A stretch of DNA of 64,000 bases from Lama glama (lineage: Eukaryota). A model generated the notes under the pieces. The model did no database searches. It saw only the letters and a list, made by a program, of their open reading frames with translations, and was not told the origin of the DNA. Shown in pieces: positions 1 to 13,286 of the stretch (positions within the stretch are counted from its first letter, which is position 1; each line of letters begins with the position of its first letter). Both the position numbers and the translations under genes were made by a program. The stretch spans positions 69,008,001-69,072,000 of the forward strand of contig CM052816.1 of NCBI GenBank assembly GCA_028534125.1, written 5' to 3'.

Positions 1-454
1 GCTTAGAGACATTAAACTAAGTTCCCGAAGGGAATAAGCTTCAGAGCAGAGATTCAGATCTAGCTCTGACAGAATCCAAAATTTATAGCAAGACCAAACT
101 AGTGTGCAGACTGGATCCAGTCCATAAGAAATGAAGGCACATATAATGTTTTTCTAATTCAAATGAGATACTGGCCAACATTTAAAACTTAGGGGATTAC
201 ATTCAAAAGTCTGGGTTCTATCTTCTATTTTAAAAAATTAAAAGATTGAGCACAGTGTGCTCATCTTCCTACAGCAGTCAGTTGTCCCTAAGGAGCTGCT
301 GCTTCCCTTATTTAAGGCATGTACACTCTGGTGGGTAAAATCCCCTCTTTCTCATTGCAGTGCACCTGGTTAGCTGACCACCTCACCCACTGGGGTTACC
401 TGTTTGGCACCTGCATGTGTTTAATTTTGCCATCTTTAGTCTCTGGACATGATT

Positions 455-672
455 GGTCTTAAGGTTGGCGTCCTGACTTTGTCGTTTGCTGACTGTGTGA
501 CCTTGGACAAATTACTTAATTCCTCTAGTCCTCAGTTTTGTCATCTCTAAGACGGAGATTAGAATAGTACCTAGCTGTTGAGGTTGTTTTGAAAGTTAAA
601 TGTGATAATCCACATCAAGTGCTTTGCATGGTCTCTGGCACTTAAGATTTCCACAATAGTTAGGTGTTGTTA
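455..672 (+). mobile_element. MIR SINE fragment
   Basis: CTGTGTGACCTTGGACAAATTACTTAAT...CCTCAGTTTTGTCATCT core; boundaries approximate. Confidence 0.7.
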
Positions 673-834
673 TTAACCACTTTTACAATTAACTACTCCC
701 GTCAGAAAGTAGAGTTCAACAAAATTGGAACAGGAAAACTTTCCCAGGGTCATCTTAAATTGCGAACTAGGCCATCAGAACCACTGGCCATGGAAGCATG
801 ATTATGTTGAAAAGGACAATAGAGTGTGTGGCTT

Positions 835-1040
835 TGACATTAGACTGACATGGTTCGAGTTCAACCTCTGATATTATGGGATCTTGGGCAAGTTATTTAA
901 TCTCTTTCTGACTCAGTTTCCTCATTCATAAAATGATAATAGCACCTACTTAATAAGGTTGTGGTGAGGATCAAGTGAGTTAATACACGTAAAATGCTTC
1001 AGAACAGTGCTTGGTACATACCATGCACTCAGTGGATGTT
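835..1040 (+). mobile_element. MIR SINE fragment
   Basis: TCTTGGGCAAGTTATTTAATCTCT...TCAGTTTCCTCATT...TTCAGAACAGTGCTTGGTACAT; boundaries approximate. Confidence 0.75.
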
Positions 1041-2610
1041 ACCCAGTATTGAAAACAATAAATCAGAGTGTCCTGTTTGTCAAGTATGTGTTTGCTTCTG
1101 GAGGTGAAGACAGGATATTTAAAAGTGGATTGTCATGAAAAATTTGGAAGCTAGGACTCTTGCCTTCATTTCCCATCTCCTCAAATCCCTGCAATATGGA
1201 TTCTGCACCCCCCAGTCCAGATTCTGTTCCCTCCAACCTCCTAAAATCGCACTTTTGAAGGCTAATCATCAAGTCACATCCAGTGACCTCAGGCTCACCT
1301 TCTAGAGGGGACAAAAACTTTAGAGATCAACCAGCCCAATGCTGTCAGCTCTCAAAAAAGTAGGCTGAGGCTGAGAGAAGTCCTGTGGCTTGCCCATAGT
1401 TAACTTGTGACAGACCCAGAGGTATCAGCTGTATTGGTTGTGCATTTACTAGATGACAATGGAATTATGTCTGTTTTGACAGGTGGGTGGGGCTTGGAAT
1501 CCAACATGTAGCTGGAGTAAGAACTCTCCTTTCTCCTCTTTTGACTTGCTCCTTCTGCCCCACAAACCTTGCTTAATGAGGCTTTGATCTAGTTAATGCT
1601 TTAAGAGGACCACTTTGTCTTCCCTGGTGGGACCTAGGCCCTGTGACCCCCCATAGCATGAAGACCTTGTTTCCAGATGGGTAATGTTTTCCCTTCCCTG
1701 TGACTAGCCTCTCTGGGCCATGGTCCGATTTCCCTGCTGGCTCATTTGTTTCCTTGGGCTGGCTGCCTTGTTTGGCAATTTTTAGTGAGGGTTCTGATCT
1801 ATGCCAGGAGGTGAGGGGAAGGGCTGCGAATGGGCTCCATCATTGGACAGGCAGTCTTGGTGATGGATGATCCCTCTCCCCAGTGAGTTTTGGGTCAGCA
1901 GGAGTCCAACTGATAAGTTTTTCCAGAATGGAGTAAGCCAGGAACAGTGCCAGCAGCATCTTACCTCTTTTGTGGTTTTTGTATTGATTTTAAAGGAAAT
2001 TCTCAGCGGCAGCCCCACATCTTACTAGAAATACAGCTACATCCATGATAAACTTAGATATATGTCATATGAATTGTTTTAGAAATAATATTTGAAGAAG
2101 GGTGGGAGGAAGGAAGAGGGGGTCTCTTAAAAAAATAACCCTTTCAAAATATTTTCTTTCTTCTAAGTATTGAAAAGGCACACTCTAACCCTTTCTTCTT
2201 CCAAATGAGCTCATGGCTGTTTATTGAGGGGAAATACCAAATGTTTATTTATTTTTTTAAAAGGAGCTTCTTCGGTCCTGATGATTCATGTTGATATAAT
2301 TTTCCTCCTGACTGCAGAGGCTCTGAGACAAAGCTACACCACAACTGATGTGCTGGTGTCAGAACAATTCCTGTCCTGGAGGAGGGCGTGCAACCTTCTT
2401 TATTCCCCCTTCACAGACGTCCTTGAGCCCCCGAGACGGATGTGAGCGAGTTTTTTAGTCCTCATGCAAAACAACCATCTAAACATAACAGATGACATCA
2501 GCTCGGGCTTTTCAATTCCTGGATGGCAGCAGCGTGTTAATCCAGCCTTCATCCTGGATTTCATAAACTAAAACAAGAGAGCCTGGCAGGAGGACAGCGC
2601 TGCTGCTGGG

Positions 2611-2659
2611 TTGAGGAAATTGATGACGGGGAAGCATGCGGGCAACCCAGTGTATAAAA
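2611..2659 (+). promoter_or_regulatory. ESM1: ESM1 core promoter: ETS-like GGAA cores, CRE-like TGATGACG and TATA box (TATAAAA 2653-2659)
   Basis: TTGAGGAAATTGATGACGGGGAAGCATGC followed by GTATAAAA about 100 nt upstream of the ESM1 ATG. Confidence 0.75.
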
Positions 2660-2758
2660 CTCATAAACGAGTAGGCAGAGGCTCAGCTACCACTTTGGAC
2701 GGCTGCTTCCCGCCAGCAAAGACCCCCGCCGCGGGAAGCGAGCCGAGCCGCGGGAAAC

Positions 2759-3059
2759 ATGAAGAGCCTCTTGCTGCTGGCCACGCTCCTGGTCCCTGCG
2801 CACCTGGCGGCGGCCTGGAGCACCAAGTACGCGGTGGACTGCCCCGAGCGCTGTGACAGTAACGAGTGCAAAAGCAGCCTGCGCTGTAAGAGGACAGTGC
2901 TGGACGACTGTGGCTGCTGCCGCGTGTGCGCCGCGGGGCTGGGAGAAACTTGCTACCGCACGGTCTCAGGCATGGATGGCGTCAAGTGTGGCCCCGGGCT
3001 GAGGTGTCAGTTTTACAGTGAGGAGGATGATTTTGGTGACGAGTTTGGTATCTGCAAAG
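2759..3059 (+). CDS. ESM1: Endothelial cell-specific molecule 1 (endocan), coding exon 1: signal peptide and Cys-rich IGFBP-like domain
   Basis: MKSLLLLATLLVPAHLAAAWS...CKRTVLDDCGCCRVCAAG...FGICK matches ESM1; AACATGA start context; donor AAAG/GTAAAG at 3059/3060 (phase 1, 301 nt). Confidence 0.98.
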
Positions 3060-5692
3060 GTAAAGAGTGGCCCCTTGTTTTCCCCCGCCCCGCCCAGGGC
3101 ATAGTGAGGGCTTTCAGCCAGCGTGGGAGGCAGGAGCCTTTCCTCCTACAGACAAAGAGGGAAAATGCAAGTGCGTTAGGTCCCCACAGGTGGTGTGGTG
3201 GGGAGAGAGAGAAAGAAAGATAACGCTGCACATTGTAGCTGAACCCAGTGTGCAGGAAAGCCCAGAAAGAAATACAGCATTTCACTCATTATATTTAGGA
3301 GATTAAAAAAAAAAGTTGCAATTGAAGATTGAGTTTCCTCCTTTCTGGAACACTTTAGGAACTTGACAGGTTATCTGTTACGGATGGTTTAGGTACTCTC
3401 TTCTGCAGACAGTGATTACAGAGGTCTGCACTCGGTAACCTGTTGGGAGAAGTGGCTAGCCCTGGGGTTTAGTGATTCTTTGATCTTAAAAGGGTCCACA
3501 GGTTGGAGGGCACCTCTCAAGACCAAATATTTCTGATGAACATTAATGCACTTTGTGAAATTGGGTGGCTTAAGTCATCTGGCAAAATGACCCACATTCT
3601 CAGAAGAGGTTGTCCTGGAGTATAAAACAAGCCTCATTCCACTTTATGAAAGGTTTGGATCATCTAGAAAAATAACAGATAGTGTAAGATAAGCAAAAAT
3701 AACAGTAAAGAAAAATAAAAATTGGAAGTCTGTAAAGAAAGAGGTTGGCAGTCTTACATACTTAAAGAAAAACCTTATTAGGTTGAAATGATAGATAAAC
3801 AATTTGGTTAAGCATTTGCAGAATTTATTTCAAACTTAGTGCTGTCGTTTAAAATCTTTAACATGTTTAGAATGGAAGGAATGGTGATTTAAAAATACTC
3901 TGTATGTGGATGCCTCATGATCTCATCCTTAAGAGTTAACTTTAAGATGCAACACATATATTATAGCCCTATTCATCAGTTTTATAATACAAATAAGCTT
4001 TTAAAATTAAAAGGACTGGAAAGTCTCTAAATCTTATTTTTATGGATTTAATATAAACTTTTTATGAATGATAATCATCCAGTATTGAGCTAATCTCAGT
4101 AACTTTTTTAGAAAAAATATTTTGTAAATCAATCACCTTTTAAGCCACAAAACATTCTAAAGTTTAGAAAATAAATTCTTGAACCATTGGGAAAATTTTA
4201 TTGTTTGCTTAGTTTATTTTTGTTTATAACCAATACAAACTAGAATATTGAGGAAACATTTTCTTTGATGGACTTTCATATACTGTTTCTTTCAGCTGAG
4301 TAGGATTTGCATTTTCTGTAAATTATAGGGCTTATCAGCCAAGAAAAAGTACTTCACATAAGGAAATTAGGGAGGAAGTGGTTAACACAGTCCTGTTTCT
4401 GATATAACAAGTATATGCCATGGATTGCTTTTTCTCTTGGCATAAAAATTGTCTCTGTAAGTGTGATTCTAAATGTTCAATTACATATGGAGAAAGAAAG
4501 AAGCTGTAAAGCATCCAGAGTCTTTAGCTCTCCAACATTCACTGAATGATTGAGGTAGCTGTTAATAAGATTTATTTTTTAAAGCTATTTAGGATAGCTC
4601 TTGGACATCCTTCAGACTGCAAGAGAGTCTAATTTCAAACATTTTTCTCTCTGCTGGAAATAGTGAGTCTGTGTGAACCTCGGCAGCTAGATAGAGACAT
4701 TATATTTTGCTCTAGGCAAACGCTCTCCTTCAGCTTTTCTACAGAACACTCCTAGGAAAACTGTATATTTTAGCTGCATATCCGGACGTTCTCTAAATAT
4801 TCAGATGTTTGGCATTGTGTTGCCCAGATAACAATCAGCCAGCCCACACATCATTATTGAACACCTACTATCTGCCCAGCAGTATTCAGTACATTCAGGA
4901 ATACAGTAGGAGCATAACTGAGAATTTGGCTAAAGTTTAAGTTTTCAGCATCACTGGAGACAGAATCCTATCCTGTGTGCTTTTCTGCTAGAGGCTTTTT
5001 CAGGATCGCTTTTCAGGACTGTTCTTCCCAGCAGAGTGGCCAGTGTTGAAAACCTGGTGCTTCTCTAATCTGAAGGATGCACGGTAGAGAAACTTTAAAT
5101 CTCTTTTCAAAATATATTTCATTAATACCTGTCTTGAGGAAGATTAGTTTGCTGAAGGCTCAGATGCCTCACATGTTGTTTCTTCACCCATATGTGATTG
5201 TACATTTACAAGGATAGTCTCCTGCCAAGAAAATATTCTACATCTATTCTCCTTGGCTGTTGAGGACTGGCTACTCTATTGAGATGCCGTTTACATTACA
5301 AAAAGCATGCATTTTAAATAAAGGAGTTTGTTCTCTTTTTCTCAATATGATATGTTTTAATCTAAGTATGAAAACATCGAAGCTCTAAAAGCTTTTGGAT
5401 TTTGGCAGGTATACAAATAAATTCTGAGCTTTCTTCATGTTTATCATATTGCATCTTAGCTCTGCAGAGGGTTTCATTAGTGCATCTTCTTAACGTCTGG
5501 AGAAGTTAGGTTAATTTGTCCTGCTCTTTTAATAAATAAGGAAGTTGCTAAGAGTTGGAGCAGACTGAGGATTGATCGCTTTATAAAGAGCGGAGATAGC
5601 AGCTTTCTTAGCCCCTGGTTAGTTTAAGCCAGTTTAGTTTCTATATATTTAGAACAGTAAATTGTCTGTGAGTACAGGGGATTGATTCAAAG

Positions 5693-5769
5693 ACCTTTTA
5701 AACTCTGTGAGGAGCTGACACACATGTCATCATACCTTTTAAACTCTGTGAGGAGCTGACACACATGTC
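5693..5769. repeat. 36-bp perfect direct duplication with 5-bp spacer in ESM1 intron 1
   Basis: ACCTTTTAAACTCTGTGAGGAGCTGACACACATGTC at 5693-5728 and 5734-5769, spacer ATCAT. Confidence 0.95.
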
Positions 5770-6140
5770 TGTTCAACTGCCCACGTTCACTGAGCTGTCA
5801 CAGAGGTAGCCCATGAGACCCTGTCTTTTGGTGTCTAAGCAGAAAGTAAATAGAATTAAAACTGGTTCAAGGATATTGATTATATGTATCTGTCTTCAGC
5901 TCAACTTCACAGCAAGATACTATAACTGGGGCGTTCATCATTATCTGGTCTTAGTGGGTGATTTCACGTATGTGATTTGAAGTTTTAATTTTCAAAGCCT
6001 GGGATTTTTTGAGAATTGGGTTTTATCTGATGGTCAGGATTCATGAGGTTTGTCAGTTCCTGAGTGCACCCAGGGGCTGTGAGGGTGGGCACTTCCACAC
6101 ATCCAGCAGCTCCCTCTCTCACCCTTCCCTTTGTCCTCAG

Positions 6141-6293
6141 ACTGCCCATACGGCACCTTCGGGATGGAATGCAAACAGACTTGCGACTGTCAGTCGGGCA
6201 TATGTGACAGGGTGACTGGCAAATGTCTGAAGTTTCCCTTCTTCCAATATTCAGTTGCCAAAGCGTCCAACCAGAGATTTGTTTCTCACACAG
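6141..6293 (+). CDS. ESM1: ESM1 coding exon 2: EGF-like Cys-rich segment and Phe-rich FPFFQY motif
   Basis: Pyrimidine tract plus CCTCAG acceptor at 6140; encodes (D)CPYGTFGMECKQTCDCQSGICDRVTGKCLKFPFFQYSVAKASNQRFVSHT; donor CAG/GTAAGA; 153 nt, phase 1-1. Confidence 0.97.
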
Positions 6294-6404
6294 GTAAGAA
6301 CCGATTCCCGGATAAATATTGAAACAATAATATTGTTTTCAGTTTGAATAACTTAAAAAATATGGCTAATAGAATAAGATGTTGATATAAGTGATTTTCT
6401 TGTT

Positions 6405-6549
6405 GGGGGAGGGTGTAGCTCAGTGGTAGAATGCGTGCTTAGCATGCACAAGGTCCTGGGTTCAATCCCCAGTACCTCTATTAAAAAAATAAGAAAATAA
6501 CCCTAATTACCTCCCCCCATACAAAAAAGGTAATAAAGTAAAAAAAAAA
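6405..6549 (+). mobile_element. tRNA-Ala-derived SINE (camelid vic-1-like) in ESM1 intron 2
   Basis: GGGGAGGGTGTAGCTCAGTGGTAGA (A box)...TTAGCAT...GGTTCAATCCC (B box), then CCTAATTACCTCCCC and an A-rich tail. Confidence 0.88.
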
Positions 6550-7620
6550 GGTTAAATAATTTTGTTTCTTTTATTTTACTTAGGGAATGGTGGGTGGTTG
6601 TTAAATCTTGTTGCTATTTTTCAGAGACCTCATTAATAATGTTGAAGATTATATTATTTTTCATACAGTTTACCCAATTTAGATGGGGGAAAAATATGAT
6701 TGAGTCCCAAAAAACGTGTAATAAAAATGAGCCAAGCTATGCAAAGTTCTTTAAGTTTTTCGGGGATCTGTTTTACTTACGAACCAGACAAAGCTGCTTG
6801 TCTCCCAATTCACACAGGAAAAGTACTCTGAGGAATTTATTGGATAAGACTTCAGAGAAGCCTCTTTACATAGAAAATATAAAACTTTTTTTAACCAAAT
6901 GGAAGTGTATAAATGGAATAATTCCAAGCATGTCTTTTTGTGGATTTGGGAGAGAATAAAAGTATCTGTGATTGGAATTTTGGAATTACCTCTAAACCTT
7001 TGAGTCAAAGTGTAGTAATACTCACACGCTGCTTGTTAGTGCTCGTGTAGTTCTCGTACAGGTTGTCAGAACGTGAGAAACAGTTGTAAGGTGTAAACTG
7101 TAAGATGATAGTAGGCACGTGTTCGGATATCTTGTTGACTAAATGGTTAGTAAAGCTTTATTAAATTGAAAATAGCTCATTTAAAACAACATGTAGCCGC
7201 AGCAACTAATAGTATCAGAAGAACTATATATGTTTCCTCCTTAGATAGAAATAGTTGACAATCCAAATCTATCTTAGTTTTTGATTCTGGTTCTTTGCAC
7301 TTCAAATTAATCAAGATTTGAAATATTTGGCAAATGTGCTTATTTCCAAGCTTTACCTCTTTCTTACACATGGGTACAGTTAAATACATCAGGATAAAGT
7401 GGGAAACACTGCATTTTTAAGTGATTATTATTTTTAAGTTCGACTATGCCCTTAAACATAAAAAATGGAAACTTTTTTTAACCATTAGGTGAATATCTTG
7501 GTGCATATTTGATCTGGAAATTGAGATCAGTATTAATATTTTAAATACTTATTATGACTTGTCCCTATAGTCTTTGAAAAGCAAAGTGGAAGAAAACTGA
7601 GTTTTAAGTTGTGAAAAAAA

Positions 7621-7821
7621 ATTTTTGAGGTGAAATTCACATGACATAAAATTGACCATTTTAAGATGTACAATTCAGTGGTATTTAGTACATTCACAGT
7701 GTTGCGTAGCCACCACCTCTGTCTAGTTCCAGAATACTTTTCTCAGCCCCAAATAAAACCAGTACCCATTAAGCAGTTACCCCCATTTCTCAGCCCCTAG
7801 CAACCACCAGATCTACTTTCT
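7621..7821 (-). mobile_element. Old L1 (L1MB-like) 3' UTR fragment
   Basis: TTTTGAGGTGAAATTCACAT...GTACAATTCAGTGGTATTTAGTACATTCACAGTGTTG...CCCTAGCAACCAC is typical antisense L1M 3' end sequence. Confidence 0.75.
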
Positions 7822-8288
7822 AAGACCAGAAAATTTTTTGAATGGCTTGATTGCTTTCAGTACAGCTTTGAGACCTATTGAATTCTCAGCATAACTAGCT
7901 ATCTCAAATACTTGCAACTTCTTTTGTCTTATTTTGCTTTCTTAAGGCCGTAGGCTAAAAAGAACATTAAGGGAACAACTTTCCAATTCCTCTTCACTCG
8001 TTTAAGATTGTACCTTAACCTTTTCCACCAAGAGAGAATTGAATCCCTGGTGAACCTTTATTGCTGTTTGGGATGTCTGGGGAGCCTCGAGAGTGCCTTT
8101 GAAATAATCCTCAATGATGCAACTTTCATGTCACCTCCATCCTTCTTGCTGCACACACAGTAGCATCCTTTCTCTTCTCCGCTGGACCACTGTGCCGTCC
8201 CTTTCCCTTGGCCCTGTCACCCGTCTCTCATTTGCTTGCAGATTCTGCAAAAATCTTGACCACTATATAGATGCCTTGGAAACAGATA

Positions 8289-8613
8289 CCGTTGACTCTT
8301 AAACGACATGGGTTTGAACTATGTGAGTCCACTTATATGTGTATTTTTTCCCCAATAAATATAGTATTTGTATTTTCATTTTACAGATCTTTAACTAGGT
8401 GTGGGGAAAAGGGTTTTTTCGATTAGAGATCACAATCTGTGGAGTCAAAAGAACTAGGGTTTGAGTCCTGATTCTATCCACACTGTTTCAGCTTCCTGCC
8501 CTTGAGTGAGTCATTCACCAGTTTCTTTGTTTTGGGGGCAGACAGCAGTAGGTGGATTTTCGACTGTGCAGAGGTCGGCACCCCCAATACCAGTGTTGTT
8601 CAAGGGGCAACTG
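8289..8613. mobile_element. Non-autonomous Tigger2/MER8-family (TcMar-Tigger) DNA transposon
   Basis: Terminal inverted repeats CCGTTGACTCTTAAACGACA ... TGTTGTTCAAGGGGCAACTG flanked by TA on both sides. Confidence 0.85.
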
Positions 8614-9888
8614 TATTTTGCTGGATGAAAGTTACACTAAAGGTGACACAAAAAATATTTCTATACCCAAATTAAGTATCAAGATTCTTATTAGAAATTT
8701 GTGGAAAAAGCATTTTCTGACCTAAGGTGTTTCCCTTTATGAGCTAAAGGAGCAACTGAGAGTGGCTATTGGTGTAATCTCGGTAAACCTGAGTCAGGTT
8801 CAGGATGGAAGGCAGAATATCCTAAAGACCTCTTGGAAAGTCTTTCCGGGAGCCCTTCTGTTCAGCTGTGCATTGTTCACGTGTGACTTCCTGGGCTTCA
8901 AGCACTACTGTTTACAGGAAGGGGCTTGGGGCCCTTGTCCTGCCATGGGCTTCACATCACCTCTGCACAAGTCCCTTTGGGCCCAGCCTTTGTAAATGGC
9001 ACCAAGGTTCCTCAGCACAGGGATTTCTGGTGGTGCCTTTTATGCTTTGATTGCATGAGGTGGTTTTTTTTTCTGACTGTCTATCTATTGGTTGCAACAT
9101 TCTTGACACGTGGGCTTCCTGGTTTCCCGTCTCCATTTGTTGTTGTTGTTGAGTAGTGGGCTCTCCAACTTTCCAAGAATGGGAATTTACAACCAACTCT
9201 TTTTTGGGGGAATGGGTAGTGGTAAGGTCTGGAAAGTTTCATGAATTTACATACATTTATCTGGTGGGCCATGCCAGTCTTCTCACAGCCTACCATTTCA
9301 GGAGGTGCACTGCTGAAGCAAACACACTTCCCTACTCTTAGAAGCAGAAAATTTCTTTTAAAAAAATATAACAGTGTTCTTTCTTATGTAGAGCAAGAAC
9401 TATCTTTATAAGTTCTGCCCTTTGGTCTGCCTTCTGCATTCTGAAGCCACATCAATAAGCTAATCCCTCTTCCATACCAGATAGGATAAGAATCTTACTT
9501 CGAGACCTATACTTACAGCACTTGCTCATTCTGTATTAATTAAGCACCTACTCTGTTCCAGGGTACTGTTGTACCAGTGCAGAAAACAAAGTCCCTGCTT
9601 TCATGGAGCTGATATTTTAGTGGTGGAGTGAGAAAATACAGGGGAAAAAAAGACAAATGCATGTATAGAATAATATCAGGTGATGACAGGTGAATGAAGA
9701 GAAATAATTCAAGGGGGTGCTAACTTAGATGGGAGGTCTCTCTAACAAGAGCAGGTGAGCACAGCATAGACTCTGAATCTGTTAGAGATTTCATTGTAGA
9801 TCTGTCATAATACAGAAATAAGACAAAAGTGTACTGGGTCTTGGAGTTATAAACATTTGGACAAGATGTGTATTCCTTCTAATTTCAG

Positions 9889-9989
9889 AGCATGATGTGG
9901 CCTCTGGAGATGGCAACGCTGTGAGAGAAGAACTCATGAAGGAGAATGCTGCCCGGTCTCCTGTAATGAAGTGGTTAAATCCACGCTGA
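9889..9989 (+). CDS. ESM1: ESM1 coding exon 3 with the glycosaminoglycan-attachment SGDG motif and stop codon
   Basis: TTTCAG acceptor at 9888; encodes (E)HDVASGDGNAVREELMKENAARSPVMKWLNPR-TGA; total CDS 555 nt = 184 aa. Confidence 0.97.
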
Positions 9990-11425
9990 TTCTGGGTGGG
10001 ATTTCCAAGAGAAGACTCTACTTTAATGATCATTCAACACACAGCCAACATTTTAGGGACTGTCTATGTTATAGCATATGGACATGTAATTTTGGAGACC
10101 AAGAGTGATTCAGGGTGGGTCCAGGAAAAAAAAAGTAGGCTACTAACAATCCATAAAATGCATATGACTGAACGTTTTTAGATATTTGTTAAATATTTGA
10201 ATGCATATAGATTTGTTAAATATGTGTTTATAGTAATAGCAAAGAGCTAAAAATGCAATTTAGATAATCTTAACTTGGAGGGAGATCAGCCAAAGAGAAA
10301 ACTAGCCAAAGCTGAGGACCACAGTGAGTCCACAGTTCTTTGACTCGATATATATTAATGTTGGGGATATGGGACAGGGGACGAGTTAGCAGCAAGAGAA
10401 GGTGGGGGTGGGGTGGGAGAGTATGATGTTTAGGTCTTCCTTGAGGTAGCCTCAATAGAATTTAATTTTGCTTTTTTTTTTTAACTTTGGAAAAAGTCAA
10501 AACACAATAATCCCTGAAGGAAGTGGGCTGTTTGAAGCTTGTGAGAGTTTGAGTAGCAGCCTTGAACAGAGACAGATTTCAAAGGGCTGCTCATGGCATT
10601 CCCAGATTACTGCATCTGAAGGGGGTTCTGGAGCAGAGGACAAACATACACTTCCATAAATGGTTTTAAAGAATGCCACCTCAGATCGCGAGAGCAAGGA
10701 AGTATTTTGTCCGCTTGGGGGAAGTGTGAAGGTAAATATTTATATATTATTGTAAACAATTGTTAGTACAAGTCATCCTCCGTACCCGTATTTATCACCT
10801 TCTTGAGAAAATAAACATAATATTGTTTGTTTAAAATGGTTAGAATAAAGGTATAACTGTATAAGGTTTTCAAACATCCAAGGCATGGTAAATTTATTAT
10901 TAATAATTATAATAATAGTAATAAGGCATAAGGGAAACCTAGAAAAATTTAGTTACTATGGATTTATAAAATGTCCAAACATTAGCAACAGGAAATTTAT
11001 TTAAAAGTAAGTGCAGTGACTTAAATGACTTCTAAATTTAAAGTAGAAAATGCTTTTTAGGATGTTTGGAAAAGAGTCAATTTCAGCAGGAAATGTCAAC
11101 TTTAAAATATAGTTCATTTTTATGTTTTTTTTCTTTAAACTTGGTTAATAAGTGGAATTATGAGTATACTTGGAAGGATCTTAGCACAAACAGGACTGTT
11201 GTACTAGATTTTGTTAGGAAACATTTGCAGAAGTATTTTATTTGGAGTGAAGAATTATTTAAGAATTATTTCACTATTTACCTATGTTTTATTCTCGAAG
11301 TTTGCCAACAGAGTTGTGAATGTGTGTGTGGGAGGGTCTTTGAACGTAAGCTAAATAAGCTGTTTGGATTTGTTTTAAAAGGACACGTTTATGATTGATC
11401 AATAAAAAAGCAAGACAGCTGCTCT
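9990..11425 (+). other. ESM1: ESM1 3' UTR: AU-rich, multiple ATTTA motifs, candidate proximal AATAAA at 10810 and 10844
   Basis: Follows the stop codon; ATTTA pentamers cluster at 10.7-11.3 kb; the end coordinate is approximate. Confidence 0.7.
11401..11406 (+). terminator. ESM1: Likely main ESM1 polyadenylation signal AATAAA
   Basis: AATAAA about 1.4 kb after the stop, consistent with a ~2 kb ESM1 mRNA. Confidence 0.7.
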
Positions 11426-12699
11426 GAGTCCATTCATGACTTTGTTAATCATTAAAATATTTAAATGATTCATTGAATGAATAGAAATCTTTAATGCATA
11501 TTAAAAGACAGGCTGCTCAATTAAATTTTCTGTCACAGATAAGCATCTTCTATCAAAACACGAGGCCAGAATATTTATTTCTTTGCCTCTGATTTTTGTT
11601 GCCTTAGAGCTTCCTAAGAAGTTGGTCCTTATGTATTAGCCCATTCTACAGAGGCCAAAAAAATTTTTTTTCTATTGGTATTTGAAAGTAGTTACACTTT
11701 AGAAGATATGGGTGAAAACAAACCTTTCAGTGCCTATAAAAGAATAGAGTAACATACAGCCTTGAAGCTTGAGTGTATGGTATTCAAGAATAGTATATGT
11801 TCACTCAGCCTTATGTGCAAATTACAGAAACATTTTAACTAAATTGATACAGTGCTGAAAAAAATTATGCCCATATTAGAAAAAACAGTTTGCCTGAAAT
11901 ATTTTTTTTAAGAAGGGAGAAACTAGATGCAAATAATATAAAAATTAGTAAAAATAAATGCAAAAACTTAATGCAAGATGTAAGTATTATTATTAAATAA
12001 AACCAGAAAGCACTGAAAATCTTTACTTTCAGTAGTGTGCAATGAAGTGTCAGGGTATGCTCTCAGGGAGTGGGGTTACTTCAGGATCTGCCATCTTGGC
12101 CTGAAGCCTGGGACAGAGTTCATTTACTCCTTTGGGGTAATGTGGACAGTGGAACAAGAGCTAGACTAAGGCAGGGCTTGCCTCTGCTCCTGGCTCTGCG
12201 GCAACCAGCTGTGTGACCATGGATGATAAAATCAAACAAAGGTGGGCTCTTAGTTACTGACATGTTTTCCAGCTGCCCAGCTTCAGGCTCCTGGGGTCTT
12301 TTTGTGCTCTTCACTCCAAACGCTAGTACCTGTCTTCTGGAATTGCTCTGTCATCTTCTGACTCTGTTCTTCATAGTCATCGTCTCCAAAATCTTTGGAT
12401 GTTGCACTTTTTGATTGCAATTTTTTTGAGCATGCAGTTTTAAACTATATACATAGTATAGTATTAGTACCTTATATTCATTATAAAATGTACACTCAAA
12501 CTAGAAATTTTTTAAAGGATAAGAAATAAATTGAAATAGAAGTTCTAAAATTTTCTTCCTACACCTCGATGGGCCATCTTGGGAAACACTTAAGAAGCAA
12601 AAGAAAATGCCATGGGTCAGTGGTCTCAAATGAAGCCCAACCTCATTTGATATTGAAGAGAACCCAAGCTGGCACATACTCCATACAATAAATATTTCT

Positions 12700-12820
12700 G
12701 GAATGAATGGATGGATGGATGAGTGGAAGGGTAGATGGATAGATAGGTGGATAGGAGGATAGGTGGTTAGAAGGATGGACGGGGATAGAGATGGATGGTG
12801 GATGGATGAATGAATGGATG
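12700..12820. repeat. Degenerate (GGAT)n/(TGAA)n simple repeat
   Basis: GAATGAATGGATGGATGGAT...GATGGATGAATGAATGGATG. Confidence 0.85.
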
Positions 12821-13286
12821 AAGCAGGTGCGAGGCCTCCTGTTTCCAGCAGAGTTGCAGCTACTGAGGGAGTAGATGGCCTCTCCTTTCCTTTCATCTGC
12901 TGGCTTCCCTGTCCCTTTAATGTCTAACTTATTCTGCCTATTGGGACATAAGGTGATTGAAAAAATTGGAGGCGTTCATTAGAGTCAATGAATATGACAA
13001 ATAGGGTTGCCCAGGGCAACAGAGACAGAGCGTGCCTCTTTTCAGGAATCGGGGATATCACTGTGTAGCAAAAAGTATAAGGTAATTTAAATGGTAGCCA
13101 GATTGGGTTGTCGTTTTCTGTGAGAGGTAATTCAGGAGGACTCTTGTTTCCATTCTACACTTTATTCCTTTCCTTTACTGTGAGCTCCCTTGGAGAAAAG
13201 AATCCACAGATGTAATTCAGCATCACACAGATATTTAGAGGGTGAATTGATTAAGGCTTGGCTTTAAAAGGGTGTATAATATAGAA

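Noticed and set aside
3060..3223. C-terminal extension of the 154-aa ORF 2759-3223
   Set aside because: Read-through into intron 1 past a good GT donor; ESM1 similarity stops at GICK
5693..5769. CRISPR-like 36-bp direct repeats
   Set aside because: Only two copies with a 5-nt spacer, in a mammalian intron with no cas genes
6259..6293. Extra residue in ESM1 exon 2 and missing Arg in exon 3 relative to human
   Set aside because: Total length stays 184 aa, and as I recall rodent ESM1 has the same arrangement, so it is probably not lineage-novel
6405..6478. tRNA-Ala(AGC)-like gene
   Set aside because: It continues into a SINE body and A-rich tail, and a second copy at 54892-55030 has a TSD, so this is a SINE rather than a tRNA gene
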